Origin: Planctomycetota bacterium
GTDB taxonomy: Bacteria > Planctomycetota > Planctomycetia > JALXBF01
DNA length: 64,000 bases
NCBI GenBank assembly: GCA_026991575.1
Contig: JALXBF010000027.1
Coordinates: 1-64,000, forward strand
Direction: 5' to 3'
This document shows, one piece after another, positions 31,531 to 42,146 of this stretch (positions within the stretch are counted from its first letter, which is position 1; each line of letters starts with the position of its first letter). The notes beneath the pieces are model-generated. The model did no database searches and was not told where the DNA came from. It saw only the letters and a program-made list of their open reading frames with translations. Position numbers and translations under genes: made by a program.

Positions 31531-33378
31531 TCAGGGAAGCGGTTTCCTTTTGGGCCCGCTCGGCCGTGGAAAGCGCGCCTCCCAGAGGTCGTAGGAGCTC
31601 GGGATGCCTGATGCGGGAATGGCCAGGGCAATGAGCGTCGCCACTTGTTCGAGCGCTGCCGTGCTAACCCGCGTGTTGGCTGCCAGGGCCACGTGGGTCT
31701 CGCTCAGGTCGACGCCAGTTCGCGATCGGTAGCCCTTCGGGAAGATGGCCACGTAAGCGGTACCGCCATCGATTAGCCCGCTATGTTCGAGTTTGCCGCG
31801 TGATTCCCGCCCCCAACCCATCGCATCCAACTCCTCCGGGGAATACTGCTTGGCAAGCCGGGTGGTGATCCAGAGCAGACTCCGAGCCGAAGCGGTCCAG
31901 CCTCCGGCAGCTAGACCAAGGCTCGATTCCTTGTGTGCAAGGCGTACGGGTCGGCCGTCCACAATGTTGTACGGGTCGGCATCGTAGCGGTCCGGTCGAG
32001 CCGACATCGGACGGACCGAGGTTGCCATTCCCAGGGGGGCAAGGTAACGCTTGGTAACGTAGTCGCGATAACTCTCGCCGGAAACCTTCTCGATAATCAG
32101 CGTCCACAGTCCGAACCCGTGATTCGAATAGGCCCATGCCGCGCCGGGTCGCCAACGCAACGGCCGGGTTCGCAGGAAGTGCCGATGTACGTGCTCGTAG
32201 GTCAGGTTGCTTTCCGGCACACCAAACATCTTGACGGCTCCCGCGACATCGCCGCTGCCGTAGAAGCCACTGCGGTGATCCAGCAGGTGCTGGACCGTCA
32301 CGCTGCGCCACCAGACCCAACGATCGTTCGCGCTGCCCCGGATGTTCAGCGGCGGTAGGCTGTAGGAGTATGGTGAACGTTGCTTGCCCAAGTTGATGCG
32401 CGTGCCGACGGCGACTTTACCATTGGCAAACCAGGTGTAGACGTCGTCATCAGACGCCATCCCGATTCCACGGATCTGGTACGGAGAGAAGCCGCGGCCG
32501 GCCGGGATACGGAACAGGCCCGGTCCCACGTAGCGAGCAAAGTTGCGGCTGGTCCCGATGCTGGTCGTGCCATCGTCATACCAGACGTGGACGCGGTCGT
32601 TGGACTTGGCAATCGCAACTCCGACGACGTTGAACATGGTCTTGCCCCGCGGCAGCGTCACTGTCTGCTCCGGGTCCGGGGCGCGGACCGCACCCAGATC
32701 CCAGGACCGCCCGACACTGACTGTGCCGTCGTTGTACCAGGTGTAGACGAGGCTGCTGGAGCCCGCGATGGCAATTGCACGAATGTCGGTGATCCGGCGA
32801 CCGGCGGGCAGCTTAAACGGTCGCCGGCCCTCGTAGCGGTCCAGATCGCGGCTGGAGCCGACACTGTACGTGCCATCGACGTACCAGGCGTAGACGCGGT
32901 CGCGTGGCGAGATGGCCAGCGCAACGATCGGGCTGAAGCGGTTGACCCCGATCCGGATGTCGTTGTCAAAGCGTGTTCCGAAGATCCCTCCTGGCCCATA
33001 CACTCGCTTTGATTTCGGGTCGATCCCCTTACTGCGCAACAACTGGTAGCCCGCAGGGCCGGTAATGGTCGCTTTTGAGACGGAACCGATGCGGGTCCGG
33101 ATCATCGGTCCCATTGGAACAAACTCCAGCCCACCAGACGTGGCGTTCGCCTTTGCATAGCCATAGCCCTTTACCAACACCAGGCGTCCGCCCTTGGTGA
33201 CAGCCACCGTCATCCCCACGATCCGGTGTTCGTGCATGATGGTGGCAACGATCGGATCGACCCGTTTCGCCAACTCGCCCCAGCCTGCCCCCTGCGATGG
33301 CGGCTCCGCGGCTTGAGTCGGCGCGAGCGACAGGAAGAGCCGGACCAGTGCAACAGTGATGAGAACGCGCCCGGTCAT
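31531..33378 (-). CDS. Secreted serine hydrolase (beta-lactamase/PBP-like) with a four-repeat insertion
   Basis: SxxK (GSVSK), LLDHRSG, YSN, HSG; four ~48-aa repeats (VYxWYxDGTxSVG); signal peptide; GGAGA RBS. Confidence 0.85.
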   Translation of the reverse strand: MTGRVLITVALVRLFLSLAPTQAAEPPSQGAGWGELAKRVDPIVATIMHEHRIVGMTVAVTKGGRLVLVKGYGYAKANATSGGLEFVPMGPMIRTRIGSVSKATITGPAGYQLLRSKGIDPKSKRVYGPGGIFGTRFDNDIRIGVNRFSPIVALAISPRDRVYAWYVDGTYSVGSSRDLDRYEGRRPFKLPAGRRITDIRAIAIAGSSSLVYTWYNDGTVSVGRSWDLGAVRAPDPEQTVTLPRGKTMFNVVGVAIAKSNDRVHVWYDDGTTSIGTSRNFARYVGPGLFRIPAGRGFSPYQIRGIGMASDDDVYTWFANGKVAVGTRINLGKQRSPYSYSLPPLNIRGSANDRWVWWRSVTVQHLLDHRSGFYGSGDVAGAVKMFGVPESNLTYEHVHRHFLRTRPLRWRPGAAWAYSNHGFGLWTLIIEKVSGESYRDYVTKRYLAPLGMATSVRPMSARPDRYDADPYNIVDGRPVRLAHKESSLGLAAGGWTASARSLLWITTRLAKQYSPEELDAMGWGRESRGKLEHSGLIDGGTAYVAIFPKGYRSRTGVDLSETHVALAANTRVSTAALEQVATLIALAIPASGIPSSYDLWEARFPRPSGPKRKPLP

Positions 33379-33624
33379 GATGGGTCTCCGTATGGTTGGG
33401 CCAGCGGTGGCAGTCGTGCCCGAAGATAGCAAGGTTTTACACGATTGGGCCCTCTGGCACAACACCATCCAGCGGCCAGGGTGCATTTCAGCTTCTGGGC
33501 CCGCTCTGCCGAGAGGTCATCCGCTGCATGTGCCAGCGAGGCAATGCTGGAGAAGCTGGCCACCCCAGGGGAGCATTTCGCAGAGCCGGAGGCTGATGGA
33601 CCGGCCTGCTACCCATCAACAGAC

Positions 33625-34446
33625 ATTAGGAATAGCAAGCCACGATTGTCTGGGACCTGCCGCCTCCCAACCGCACGTGCGGTTCTCCCCCATCCGGCTC
33701 TCCGGTCGGCGGTCTTACCTCGATGAGGACCAACTGAGGTTGTGTGTGCGGGCTGCCTCCAGGCTCAACAACCCACACCAGGCCAGGACCTCTTCGTCCC
33801 CCCTGTCACCAGGGCCGGCGCCAGACAACCTCCAGCTTCACGGCTTCCGCCACAGACTCACTCCAGCGTCTCCACCTGGTCTAACCTATGGCGGACACTC
33901 ACGGTGGGGCTCACTGCCGTTGCACCTTCCAGTCATCTCCGCCTTCCTGGGTCCCTTCGCTCTGCCGGCACTACCCCCCTTTCATCGCTTGTTTCTGGTC
34001 CGTCGGGCTCCCGACGGCCCCGCTCTCCTGTTGGTTCGGTGCTCTGGTTCGCTCGAGCTCACCGAGGACCTAGCGGACCGCCGCCCGCGGCGCTGCTGCG
34101 GTGGATTCGCGCCGGCGCCGGTACCGCAGCGAAGCTGCTCCCGCTCGCCGCCTGCCCAGGAAAAATCCCGCCACCCGGGCCGCGGGTGGGATCGACCCGC
34201 CCGTGGCCCAGAATGGACCAAATCCTTTGGAGTTGCGCTCGCACCATCCCATCAACCCTGCCGGGGGGATGGAGCCCCCCTGCCGCCTATCCACGCCAGC
34301 TGCCGGGCCAGTCCACCCATGCCCTCGGTGGGGCTGTCGCTCCGCGAGCCCCCCTCACGAGGACGCAGTTACCTTCGGCTACAGGGTCCAGACCAAACCC
34401 TCGCGAGGACTTTCATCTCCCTGAACCGACGCGCTCCGACGCGCAC
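33625..34446 (-). mobile_element. Full-length ORF-less group II intron (copy B, IIC-like)
   Basis: Starts GTGCG at 34446 just after a hairpin; GATGAAAGTCC, GCGAAGGG, DV GAGAGCCGGATG...GCACGTGCGGTT, DVI ending CCTAAT; only the maturase C-terminal codons (GLLSLEAART) remain. Confidence 0.8.
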
Positions 34447-34930
34447 CAGACGGGGAGCGTCAGGACGCCCCACCGGCCCGCTCAAGTAAGCGGCCCGACC
34501 TACCGGCCTCCGAGTCTGCGGAACGTCCCGGTGACGTTTCAACTGTCTCCGCTGTCGCGCGCCCACAGATGGCAAGCGACCCAAGGGTCGACCGGGTGCA
34601 AGAGCTCGACGCACCCTCGGTTCGATGGTGCTATTGCCGCCACCCTTGCCGCGACGCATGGTACGATGACCTCGGTTGGGAAACGTGCTCCGGGTTCGGA
34701 GGCGACAGCCTGCCCAAGCCGCCGCGGCGCAAGCGCTTCATAGACGAAGGGACGAGCTGCCCCACGAAGGTACTGGAAGTGATCGTTCGAGGCTCTGCCG
34801 ACCGAGGCTCTCTGGCCACGGCAGCGGTCGTTCGCGCACGATCGGTTACTACGGCATAGGCGCGGACCGAGACGGACGAACGTACTGAGTGCGGGACACA
34901 ACCGAACGCCCCCCCGACCGAAGAGCTGCG

Positions 34931-35794
34931 ATGCAACCACGGCACTCACCGATCCCGCGACCGGGAACGCTTGTCGCCGCCATCGTCACCACTGAAATGA
35001 TCCTCCTGTGGTTCCTCAACGGGGCCATGGTCCAGCCAGCCGTCGGGCGTGTGTTGAAAGCGATCCACGGCGCCACCGGGGGCCTGATCGAACCAACGCT
35101 GATCGCCGGGGTCTTCTCGCTGAGCATCGTCGCCACAATCCTGTTCGGCCCAGGCGGTCTGCATCCACGTGACGTGGGTTGGAGGATCGAGCAGCTGCCC
35201 GGTGCCGCCGTCTGGACAGTCGCTTTCTGGACTACGTTGCAGCTCTGCTACGCAGCGGCCGCCGTCACCCTGCAGATGCCGCTCGAACTGGCAACCGTTT
35301 GGTCCAGCCCAGGGCCCGGCTACGCGGCCGGTGGCTTCATCGCGCAGGTCTTCGGAAACGCATGGCACGAAGAGACGGTATACCGCGGCTTCTTGATAGC
35401 GGCGTTGGCACAAATGTTTCACGGTCGCACCGGGCGTGGGCGCGGGCAGCTCAAGGCGCTGGTCGCTGCACTGGTCGTATCGCAACTGTTGTTCGCTGTC
35501 AGCCATGTGCCGAATCGGTTATTCATCAAGGGGGTCCATGGAGCCGCCCTTGTCGTGGACCAGGTTCGCCTTTTCGTCTGGGGACTTCTGTTCGCTACCT
35601 TCTACCTGGCGACGGGCAATCTGTTCGCGGCGGTGGGCATACATGCATTGTGGAACGACCCGCTTCCGGTGCTGCGGATTCAGGAGACGAATCGCGGCTT
35701 GGCTCCCGTGGTGACCTTGCTCTTCATCGTGCTCTCATTGGCTCTGAAACAGTGCAGACGCTGCACCTCCAACGGGGAGCTGAATCGGCGTTGA
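34931..35794 (+). CDS. CPBP-family (CAAX/Abi) intramembrane metalloprotease
   Basis: EETVYRG, FAVSH, IHALWND motifs; multiple TM segments. Confidence 0.88.
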   Translation: MQPRHSPIPRPGTLVAAIVTTEMILLWFLNGAMVQPAVGRVLKAIHGATGGLIEPTLIAGVFSLSIVATILFGPGGLHPRDVGWRIEQLPGAAVWTVAFWTTLQLCYAAAAVTLQMPLELATVWSSPGPGYAAGGFIAQVFGNAWHEETVYRGFLIAALAQMFHGRTGRGRGQLKALVAALVVSQLLFAVSHVPNRLFIKGVHGAALVVDQVRLFVWGLLFATFYLATGNLFAAVGIHALWNDPLPVLRIQETNRGLAPVVTLLFIVLSLALKQCRRCTSNGELNRR

Positions 35795-36120
35795 GACACA
35801 CCGACGACCTGATTCAACGCGTGCTGGCTAGGGCCTCATCACGTCCGCGACAACGTTCCCGTCGACCGGTGCTAACTTGGCCTCCGTTGCAGCATCAATC
35901 AGTGATCGGGTCGAACAGCCGGGCCAAGTTGCGACGATCGAGTCGATCGGACCGAGTAGAGTCGGCGCTGAGGCTGGACTGGCCCGGCGGTGTGCTCCCC
36001 GGCCCAACGGATAATAGTAGGGCCATACGATAGCCCGGGTTGTGACCTTGGTGCTGAGCGTTGGCTTCTGCCTCCGCTGTACGGGTGTCGACTGCGGCCG
36101 GGCAAGAGCAGATCGCCTAG

Positions 36121-37285
36121 GCTAACTCGTCATCCGAGGCGTTCCGCATCGTCCTCCGCCAGCGGATCCCGGCGGCCGATGTCGCCTGGCTGCGTGAGGC
36201 CACAAGACAACAACTGGCAGGCTGCCGGGTGCGTGGTAAAGGTGGAGTATGGCTGTACACTGCGGACAGGCACGGGCACTACCGTGCCCTGTGGACGCGC
36301 GACTTCGACTACATGGTCGAATACGCCGAATACCTCCTTGACCCGGCCCACATCAAGGCAGTAGCCCAATACCTGCTCGCGGGCCGGCGGCCCGACGGCT
36401 GCATGCCGGACCGAGCGACGGTCACGGGTAGACCTGTCCACAGCCCCGGATCGGAAACGTCGCCACTGGCCGATCACGCCCTGGATAACGGAGCGTTTAT
36501 GGCCAAGCTGGTGTGCAGCTATGTTGACTTGACGGGCGACCTCGAATCGTTCCGCCGGTGGCAACCCGCGGTGCGCAGGGGGTTGGACTTCACGCTGCGT
36601 GCCCCCAATGGACTCGTGTACAACCCGCCTGAGGCCCCTCAATGCCCCTACGGCTTCACGGACCGCGTCGCCGAGACGGGACATCTTCTGTTTTGCTCCG
36701 TGCTGTACTACGACGCCTGCGTCCGGATCGAGCGACTGCGTCGGCAGGCGGGCTGCGGTGACCCGGCCGAGTATGGCCGACGGGGAGAGGCAATCCGCAA
36801 GAACCTCAAGGCGCTCTGGTAATGATCAAGAGGGCATGTTCTGGGCAGCGGACCGGGACTGCAAGCAGATCGACATCTGGAGTAGCGCATTGGCCGTTCA
36901 GGTCGGCTGCGTGGACCGTGCGCAGGCACACCGGATCGCAGACTATCTGGTGCGCCACTACAACGAAGTCGTCCGGCACGGGCATGTGCGGCACCTGCCG
37001 GGGCGGCAAACATGGCGACGGCTGCTGGTTCGCACGATACGTCCGGGCGCGTGTCAGAACGGCGCCTTCGGGGCAACTCCGGTCGCATGGGTCGCGCCGA
37101 CAATCGCACATCGCGACCGCGACCTGGCCGTACGAGCGGTCCGCGACGCGATCAGCTCGTTTCGCCGCTACGGAATCTACGAGTGCATCAACGGGTACTG
37201 CCGCAAGCTGCGGGACTGTGTGGTGGCCAGCGTCACGAACGCCTATGGGCTGGTGAGACCACCTCCACCTGCGCGGCACCGCTAG
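36121..37285 (+). pseudogene. Six-hairpin glycosidase-like gene, frameshifted
   Basis: YRALWTRDF, YGFTD, NGAF motifs; one extra T at ~36820 (KALW / NDQEGMF); no clear start before an in-frame TAG at 36118. Confidence 0.6.
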
Positions 37286-37517
37286 TCTCTTCGAACCACC
37301 GGTGCCCTAGGAGCACCGCTTCGCTGCAGCCTACCCAAAATGTCGGACCTCACAGAGAAATGCTCGTGCTCCGGCCAAGTCCGTCAAGGAGACAAGCCTC
37401 CTCTCCTGGATTGCCTGCACCACGAAGTACGCCACTATACACACTCTACCGGTCAATTGCCGATCCACGCAGTCCCAGCGCATGCCTGTAGAAAATGAAT
37501 AGGCTTTCTGTTCCCGC

Positions 37518-40500
37518 TTACGGCTGCCCGTGGACAACGAAAGCGGCCCAATACAGCGGCGGAGCCGTTCGCCGTTCCGGTTTGGGATCTGCACGCAGTG
37601 CGGCGATGAGCTCCAATTGAGCCTGCCGCAAGGCGGCAGATGGAGGCCGTCCACTCAACCAGAGCTCTAAGAAACGCGTCATGAGCTTTTCTGTTTCCGC
37701 ATCGGGCACCTTCCACAGGGATGCCACGACGGTCCGTGCGCCGGCTAGCCGGAAGGCCCTGCGTAAGCCGATTACGTCTTCGCCGACTTCGATCTCTCCA
37801 ATACCAGTCTCGCAGGCAGACAGCACAACCAGTTCGGTGCCCCATAAGTCCAATGCCGCCGCGTCAAGTGCTGTCAGAATCCCGTCACTGCTACCGCGTG
37901 CCAGCCGCTCGCGCCACCGGTTGGCACCGGCCAGGGCCAAGCCACTTCTCAATTGCGGGCTGACAAGCTGCGGTGTCGCGGGATCACGTTCGTGCGTCTC
38001 GGTTGGCACGAGTTCTACGCCTCGTTGGTTGGATGAATCCCTCGTGTCTGGCGGCAGCAGTGGCAGGAAAAAGCCGTGCGTGACGAAGTAAACGAGTCTA
38101 GGCCGCCGCAATGCCATCACCGCTTCTTCCGTAGCCCGATCCCGCACGAGCATACGGACGGGTATACCCGACCGCAGGAGGATGCTGTGGACTGCCTGAG
38201 CTTCGCGGGCGAAGCCGGGCAAACGGCGGAAGCTGAGTCGTTGCAGAGCCTGGAGCGATCGCGTGCGCGCTTGCACCGTCACCGGTAGTTGTTCTGCGTG
38301 CCGTTTGCCGTTCGGTCCCAGGTCATAGTCAGGATCTGCAACAACGACAGCAACGCCGTTCTTGGGCGGCGTTCCCGCCTCCAGCGTCAGTTCTCTGCCG
38401 TACGCCACGTAAGAGATGTCATACTGCTCCAAGAGGTAGCTGTGTCCGTCGGCACGAAGAGCCCCGATTGGTAGGAGGGCGAGCGATCCGTCAGGCGAGA
38501 AGCACAATCGACGGACCTGCCTTTTCATGGCTTGGCGCAGCGGCATCCACAGCATCCGTACGAGTGTTCGCTCAGCACGACGATCCAGTTTCCCTTCTTG
38601 CACTGCGCGGCGCCAGGCCGCGATGGCGCTGTCGATCGGCTCTACGGGCCCCAACCGTATCAGCTGTACCTGCGCCTCGTTCCCACCGTGCAACACGAAC
38701 GCGACGTATTCCGCCGGTCCCCAGGCAGGTTCCCGGTGGCTAAAGTCATGTGGCCGGAACTCTACAATGTCGACAAGAGCTGCGTCGTTACCTAAACGTG
38801 CTGCCAGTTCCGCGATGCCAGCACGCTGCATCCGCCGTAGCGCGGCGTATACAGGCAACTGGGTTGACAATTCTGTCTCTAGCCGTTCCACTTCCTGTTC
38901 CAGCCTGCGCCGGCGGCTGCGAAACTGGTCGGCCGGTTCGTTCCGCGTTGGTCCTCGGAGAGTCATGGCCGCTAGGGCGGACCGCTCCGCCAAGAGTCGC
39001 CGCCACAATCCTCGCACCTTGGGATCAGCTGTGCGTGTGATTACCTCTCGACGCGCCCACAGGGCCTGTCCCACGGGTCCCTTCCAGTCCAGCACCAGGA
39101 GGTACACGTCCCGTGTCGCCGGTTCTCCGGCTTCGCTCGCCAGTGTTAGAGCCGAATAGAAGTGATGCCGCCAGCGACCGGCCAGTCTCCGTTGTCGCAC
39201 CTCGGCAGCACTGACGAGCTCCCGAGCAACGGCGGCGCCAAATACCTGGGCAGCCTTGATGAGCGCCTTCCGTGCAGCGATCGTTTTCCGCTGAACCGCC
39301 AACACATGGCCCAGGTTGTTCAGTGACGCCGCGTAGCTCGGATGCCGCTCGCCCAGTGTCCGCGCGCGTATCCGCAGTGCCAGCCGGTACAGTTCCTCCG
39401 CTTCTCGATAATCCCCTTTGGCTTCGTAGACAGCCGCCAAGTCATTCAGCGTCCCTGCGTAAGCGGGATGCTCCTCTCCGAGCCCGCTACTCAAGTTCTC
39501 CAACACCAGACGATACAGCTCTTCGGCGCGCGCGAGCTGTCCCTTCTTCAGGTACAGCCGTGCTAGATTAGACACACTTCGCAGGTAGTCCGGATGCCTC
39601 GGGCCGAGCGTGGAGCGAAGCAACTCGCTAGCGCGTCGATACGCCGCCTCTGCTTCGGCGTATTTTCCTGCCGCGTGGTATAGCCAACCCAGGTTATTGA
39701 GAGTTACACCATACTGCGGGTGCTTCTCGCCAAGAACCACTCGACGGATCTGTTCGACACGCCGGAACAGACCCTCGGCGCGGGCGTACTCCTTCATCTC
39801 TTGGTACACAATCGCCAGGTTGTTCAGCGTAACAGCGTACTGGGGATGCATTTCTCCGAGCAGGTGTCGCTGGATTTCGGCCGCCCGCTGCAGAAACACC
39901 TCGGCACGTACGTAGTCGCCCATCTGGTAGTAGAGCGAGCCGAGATTGACTAGTGTCAACGCGTAATCCGGGTGACGCTCGCCCAAGGTCCGACCTTCGG
40001 CCGCGAGGACCTCTTGCAGCAGTGGTTCTGCGCGATCGTAGTGCCCCATGATCTGATAAAGCAGTGCAAGGTTGTTCAGACTGGTCAGGTACTCTCGGGG
40101 ACGCTTGTCGCGTAGTCGGATGGCGATTTCGAGTGCCTCCCGGTATAGCTCCTCGGCGCGGGCGTACTCTCCTAGCTCAATGTACACTCCCGCTAGATTG
40201 GACACGCTACTGGCGTAGTCCGGATGACCCGGCCCCAGCGTCTCTCTGCGGATGTTGAGGGCCTGTTGGTGCAACTCGACAGCCTCCCTGTACTTGCCCA
40301 TTGCCTCGCACAAGAGTCCGAGGGCGTTAAGACTTGCGGCAAATTCCGGATGCGCCCGGCCTAGCACTTCCTCACGGATTCTCAAAGCGCGGCGCAGCAG
40401 CGGCTCGGCGCGGGCGTAGTCGCCAAGGGCGTAAAACATGGCCCCGACGTTGTGCAAACTGGATGCGTAATCACGGTCCCTCTCCGGAAGCACATCCTTG

Positions 40501-41069
40501 CAGATTCGGAGTGCTTCCTCGGCGACGCGGATCGCTTCGCGGGCTTTGCCAGCCCGCCAGAGGCGAACCACCTGGATGCTGAGTGATTTGGCGCGCTGCC
40601 ATCTCGCTCGCTGTTCGGGAGTCATCTGCGCGAGGCGTTCAACCCTTCGTACGGCCAACTCGGCGTCTCTCACACGCCATCGACGCGGGTGTCGGTCGGG
40701 ATAGATCTGACGATAGATTTGCAACGCCAACTGGCGCTTCTGGCGCGCTTGGTCCCACTGTTCGGCTTGCTCGTGTAGACGTGCCGCGAGTTCACACGCT
40801 TCAGCTACCTCCTCGTGGACGTCGCCGAACAATTCTCGCGTCAACACCACCAGCCGTTCGGCCGTTGCAATGGCTTCATCGATCCTTCCATCAGCGCGCA
40901 GGCGCAATACCTCTCGGCGCAGGCGGTCACGTTGATCGGACCGTGCATGCAGTGCTCTGTCCGATTGCGATTCCCCGTGATGTGTAGGGAGTTGGTGCTG
41001 CCGACCGTCAGCAACCTGCAGACAGGTCACAGTCCACACTGACCAGAGAACCATGCGCCATCGTTCCAT
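37518..41069 (-). CDS. Secreted TPR-repeat + CHAT protease (paralog of 2922-6494)
   Basis: TPR array, THGFF and LSACETG dyad, PPLYWAAF; start MERWRMVLW at 41069. Confidence 0.92.
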   Translation of the reverse strand: MERWRMVLWSVWTVTCLQVADGRQHQLPTHHGESQSDRALHARSDQRDRLRREVLRLRADGRIDEAIATAERLVVLTRELFGDVHEEVAEACELAARLHEQAEQWDQARQKRQLALQIYRQIYPDRHPRRWRVRDAELAVRRVERLAQMTPEQRARWQRAKSLSIQVVRLWRAGKAREAIRVAEEALRICKDVLPERDRDYASSLHNVGAMFYALGDYARAEPLLRRALRIREEVLGRAHPEFAASLNALGLLCEAMGKYREAVELHQQALNIRRETLGPGHPDYASSVSNLAGVYIELGEYARAEELYREALEIAIRLRDKRPREYLTSLNNLALLYQIMGHYDRAEPLLQEVLAAEGRTLGERHPDYALTLVNLGSLYYQMGDYVRAEVFLQRAAEIQRHLLGEMHPQYAVTLNNLAIVYQEMKEYARAEGLFRRVEQIRRVVLGEKHPQYGVTLNNLGWLYHAAGKYAEAEAAYRRASELLRSTLGPRHPDYLRSVSNLARLYLKKGQLARAEELYRLVLENLSSGLGEEHPAYAGTLNDLAAVYEAKGDYREAEELYRLALRIRARTLGERHPSYAASLNNLGHVLAVQRKTIAARKALIKAAQVFGAAVARELVSAAEVRQRRLAGRWRHHFYSALTLASEAGEPATRDVYLLVLDWKGPVGQALWARREVITRTADPKVRGLWRRLLAERSALAAMTLRGPTRNEPADQFRSRRRRLEQEVERLETELSTQLPVYAALRRMQRAGIAELAARLGNDAALVDIVEFRPHDFSHREPAWGPAEYVAFVLHGGNEAQVQLIRLGPVEPIDSAIAAWRRAVQEGKLDRRAERTLVRMLWMPLRQAMKRQVRRLCFSPDGSLALLPIGALRADGHSYLLEQYDISYVAYGRELTLEAGTPPKNGVAVVVADPDYDLGPNGKRHAEQLPVTVQARTRSLQALQRLSFRRLPGFAREAQAVHSILLRSGIPVRMLVRDRATEEAVMALRRPRLVYFVTHGFFLPLLPPDTRDSSNQRGVELVPTETHERDPATPQLVSPQLRSGLALAGANRWRERLARGSSDGILTALDAAALDLWGTELVVLSACETGIGEIEVGEDVIGLRRAFRLAGARTVVASLWKVPDAETEKLMTRFLELWLSGRPPSAALRQAQLELIAALRADPKPERRTAPPLYWAAFVVHGQP

Positions 41070-41500
41070 GTTAGGCCCCTTTCGCGATAGCGTCACCCGC
41101 ACTATTGGATTCGAGGGCCACAGCTTTGACGAGGACATACGAATGCGAGTCGCGGACCAAGGATGCCCCTGTCGGGACCCCAGACCTGGACAAGTTGAGA
41201 CCAGGCTGCTGCCGATACGGGCCCGCGGACTCCGTCGCGTCCCCCGGCGAGATGATCCAAACTTCCCCGAGGGACAGCGACGGCCGCCATAGCAACAACA
41301 CACACATACGCTGCATTGACGCGTGTCTTCCGGGCAAGCCCTCAGCGCCGGCAACCGACGCTTACGTCGAACACCGGCTGGCCAAACTCGCCTTGAGGTG
41401 TGATGCGCGTCCCCGTGGCGCCTACCTGCGACACGCATCGAGTCGCCAGCACTGAGCTCTTCCGGATACGGGAACAAGTTTAGCAAGTGCGCGCGGTAGA

Positions 41501-41863
41501 TTGGTTCCTACAGTAGTCGACCGGTTCCCCAGCGGGAAAGTGGACGTTCCACTATCGGGCGGAGACCTTCAGAATCTGGGCCTGGACACGCTACGCGCAG
41601 GCGGAGGGGGTGAACCGGATGATCAGGGCATTTTCTGGTTCCGCGGGGAACAGTCGGTCACAACGCTCGTCATCCTGTCCGATCCCCCGTGCGTCTTCAG
41701 CGTCGTGCTCTACGGCCAGAGCGAGCAGCCTGACTCGCGTCACTTCGCGGACCAGATGCCGCTGTTCAGCGCCGAGCGGTTCCGGCCGGCATGGTTCACC
41801 AGGGAACAGCTTGAGGGACACATCGAATCCAAGACGGTCTTGCAGAAGATCCCTGTACACTGA
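41501..41863 (+). pseudogene. C-terminal fragment of a penicillin acylase (Ntn hydrolase) family gene
   Basis: YGQSEQPDSRHFADQMPLFS...FTREQL resembles the acylase C-terminus; no upstream body. Confidence 0.65.
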
Positions 41864-42146
41864 CGGCGCCGAGGAAGCAGAACGGTCCCCAACACCGACC
41901 CGCTCCCCTGCGACCTCGTTGCACGACAGCCCATATGCGAAGGGGCCCAGGCAGCATTCGGCTTCACCGGTCTGGCCTGGCATGGTTATGGATCGGTAAA
42001 CCTTAAACCTTAGGCTCTCTAGGGCCGCGTGACCGGTGCGGCCGGTGTTTCGCCCACGATCCTGGCGGCACACGCTGGGAAAGTCATGCCGGCCTGTGTC
42101 CGTGTAAGCTGCACTGGCTCCGGCGCAAGCAACAGGAAGCTGAACG

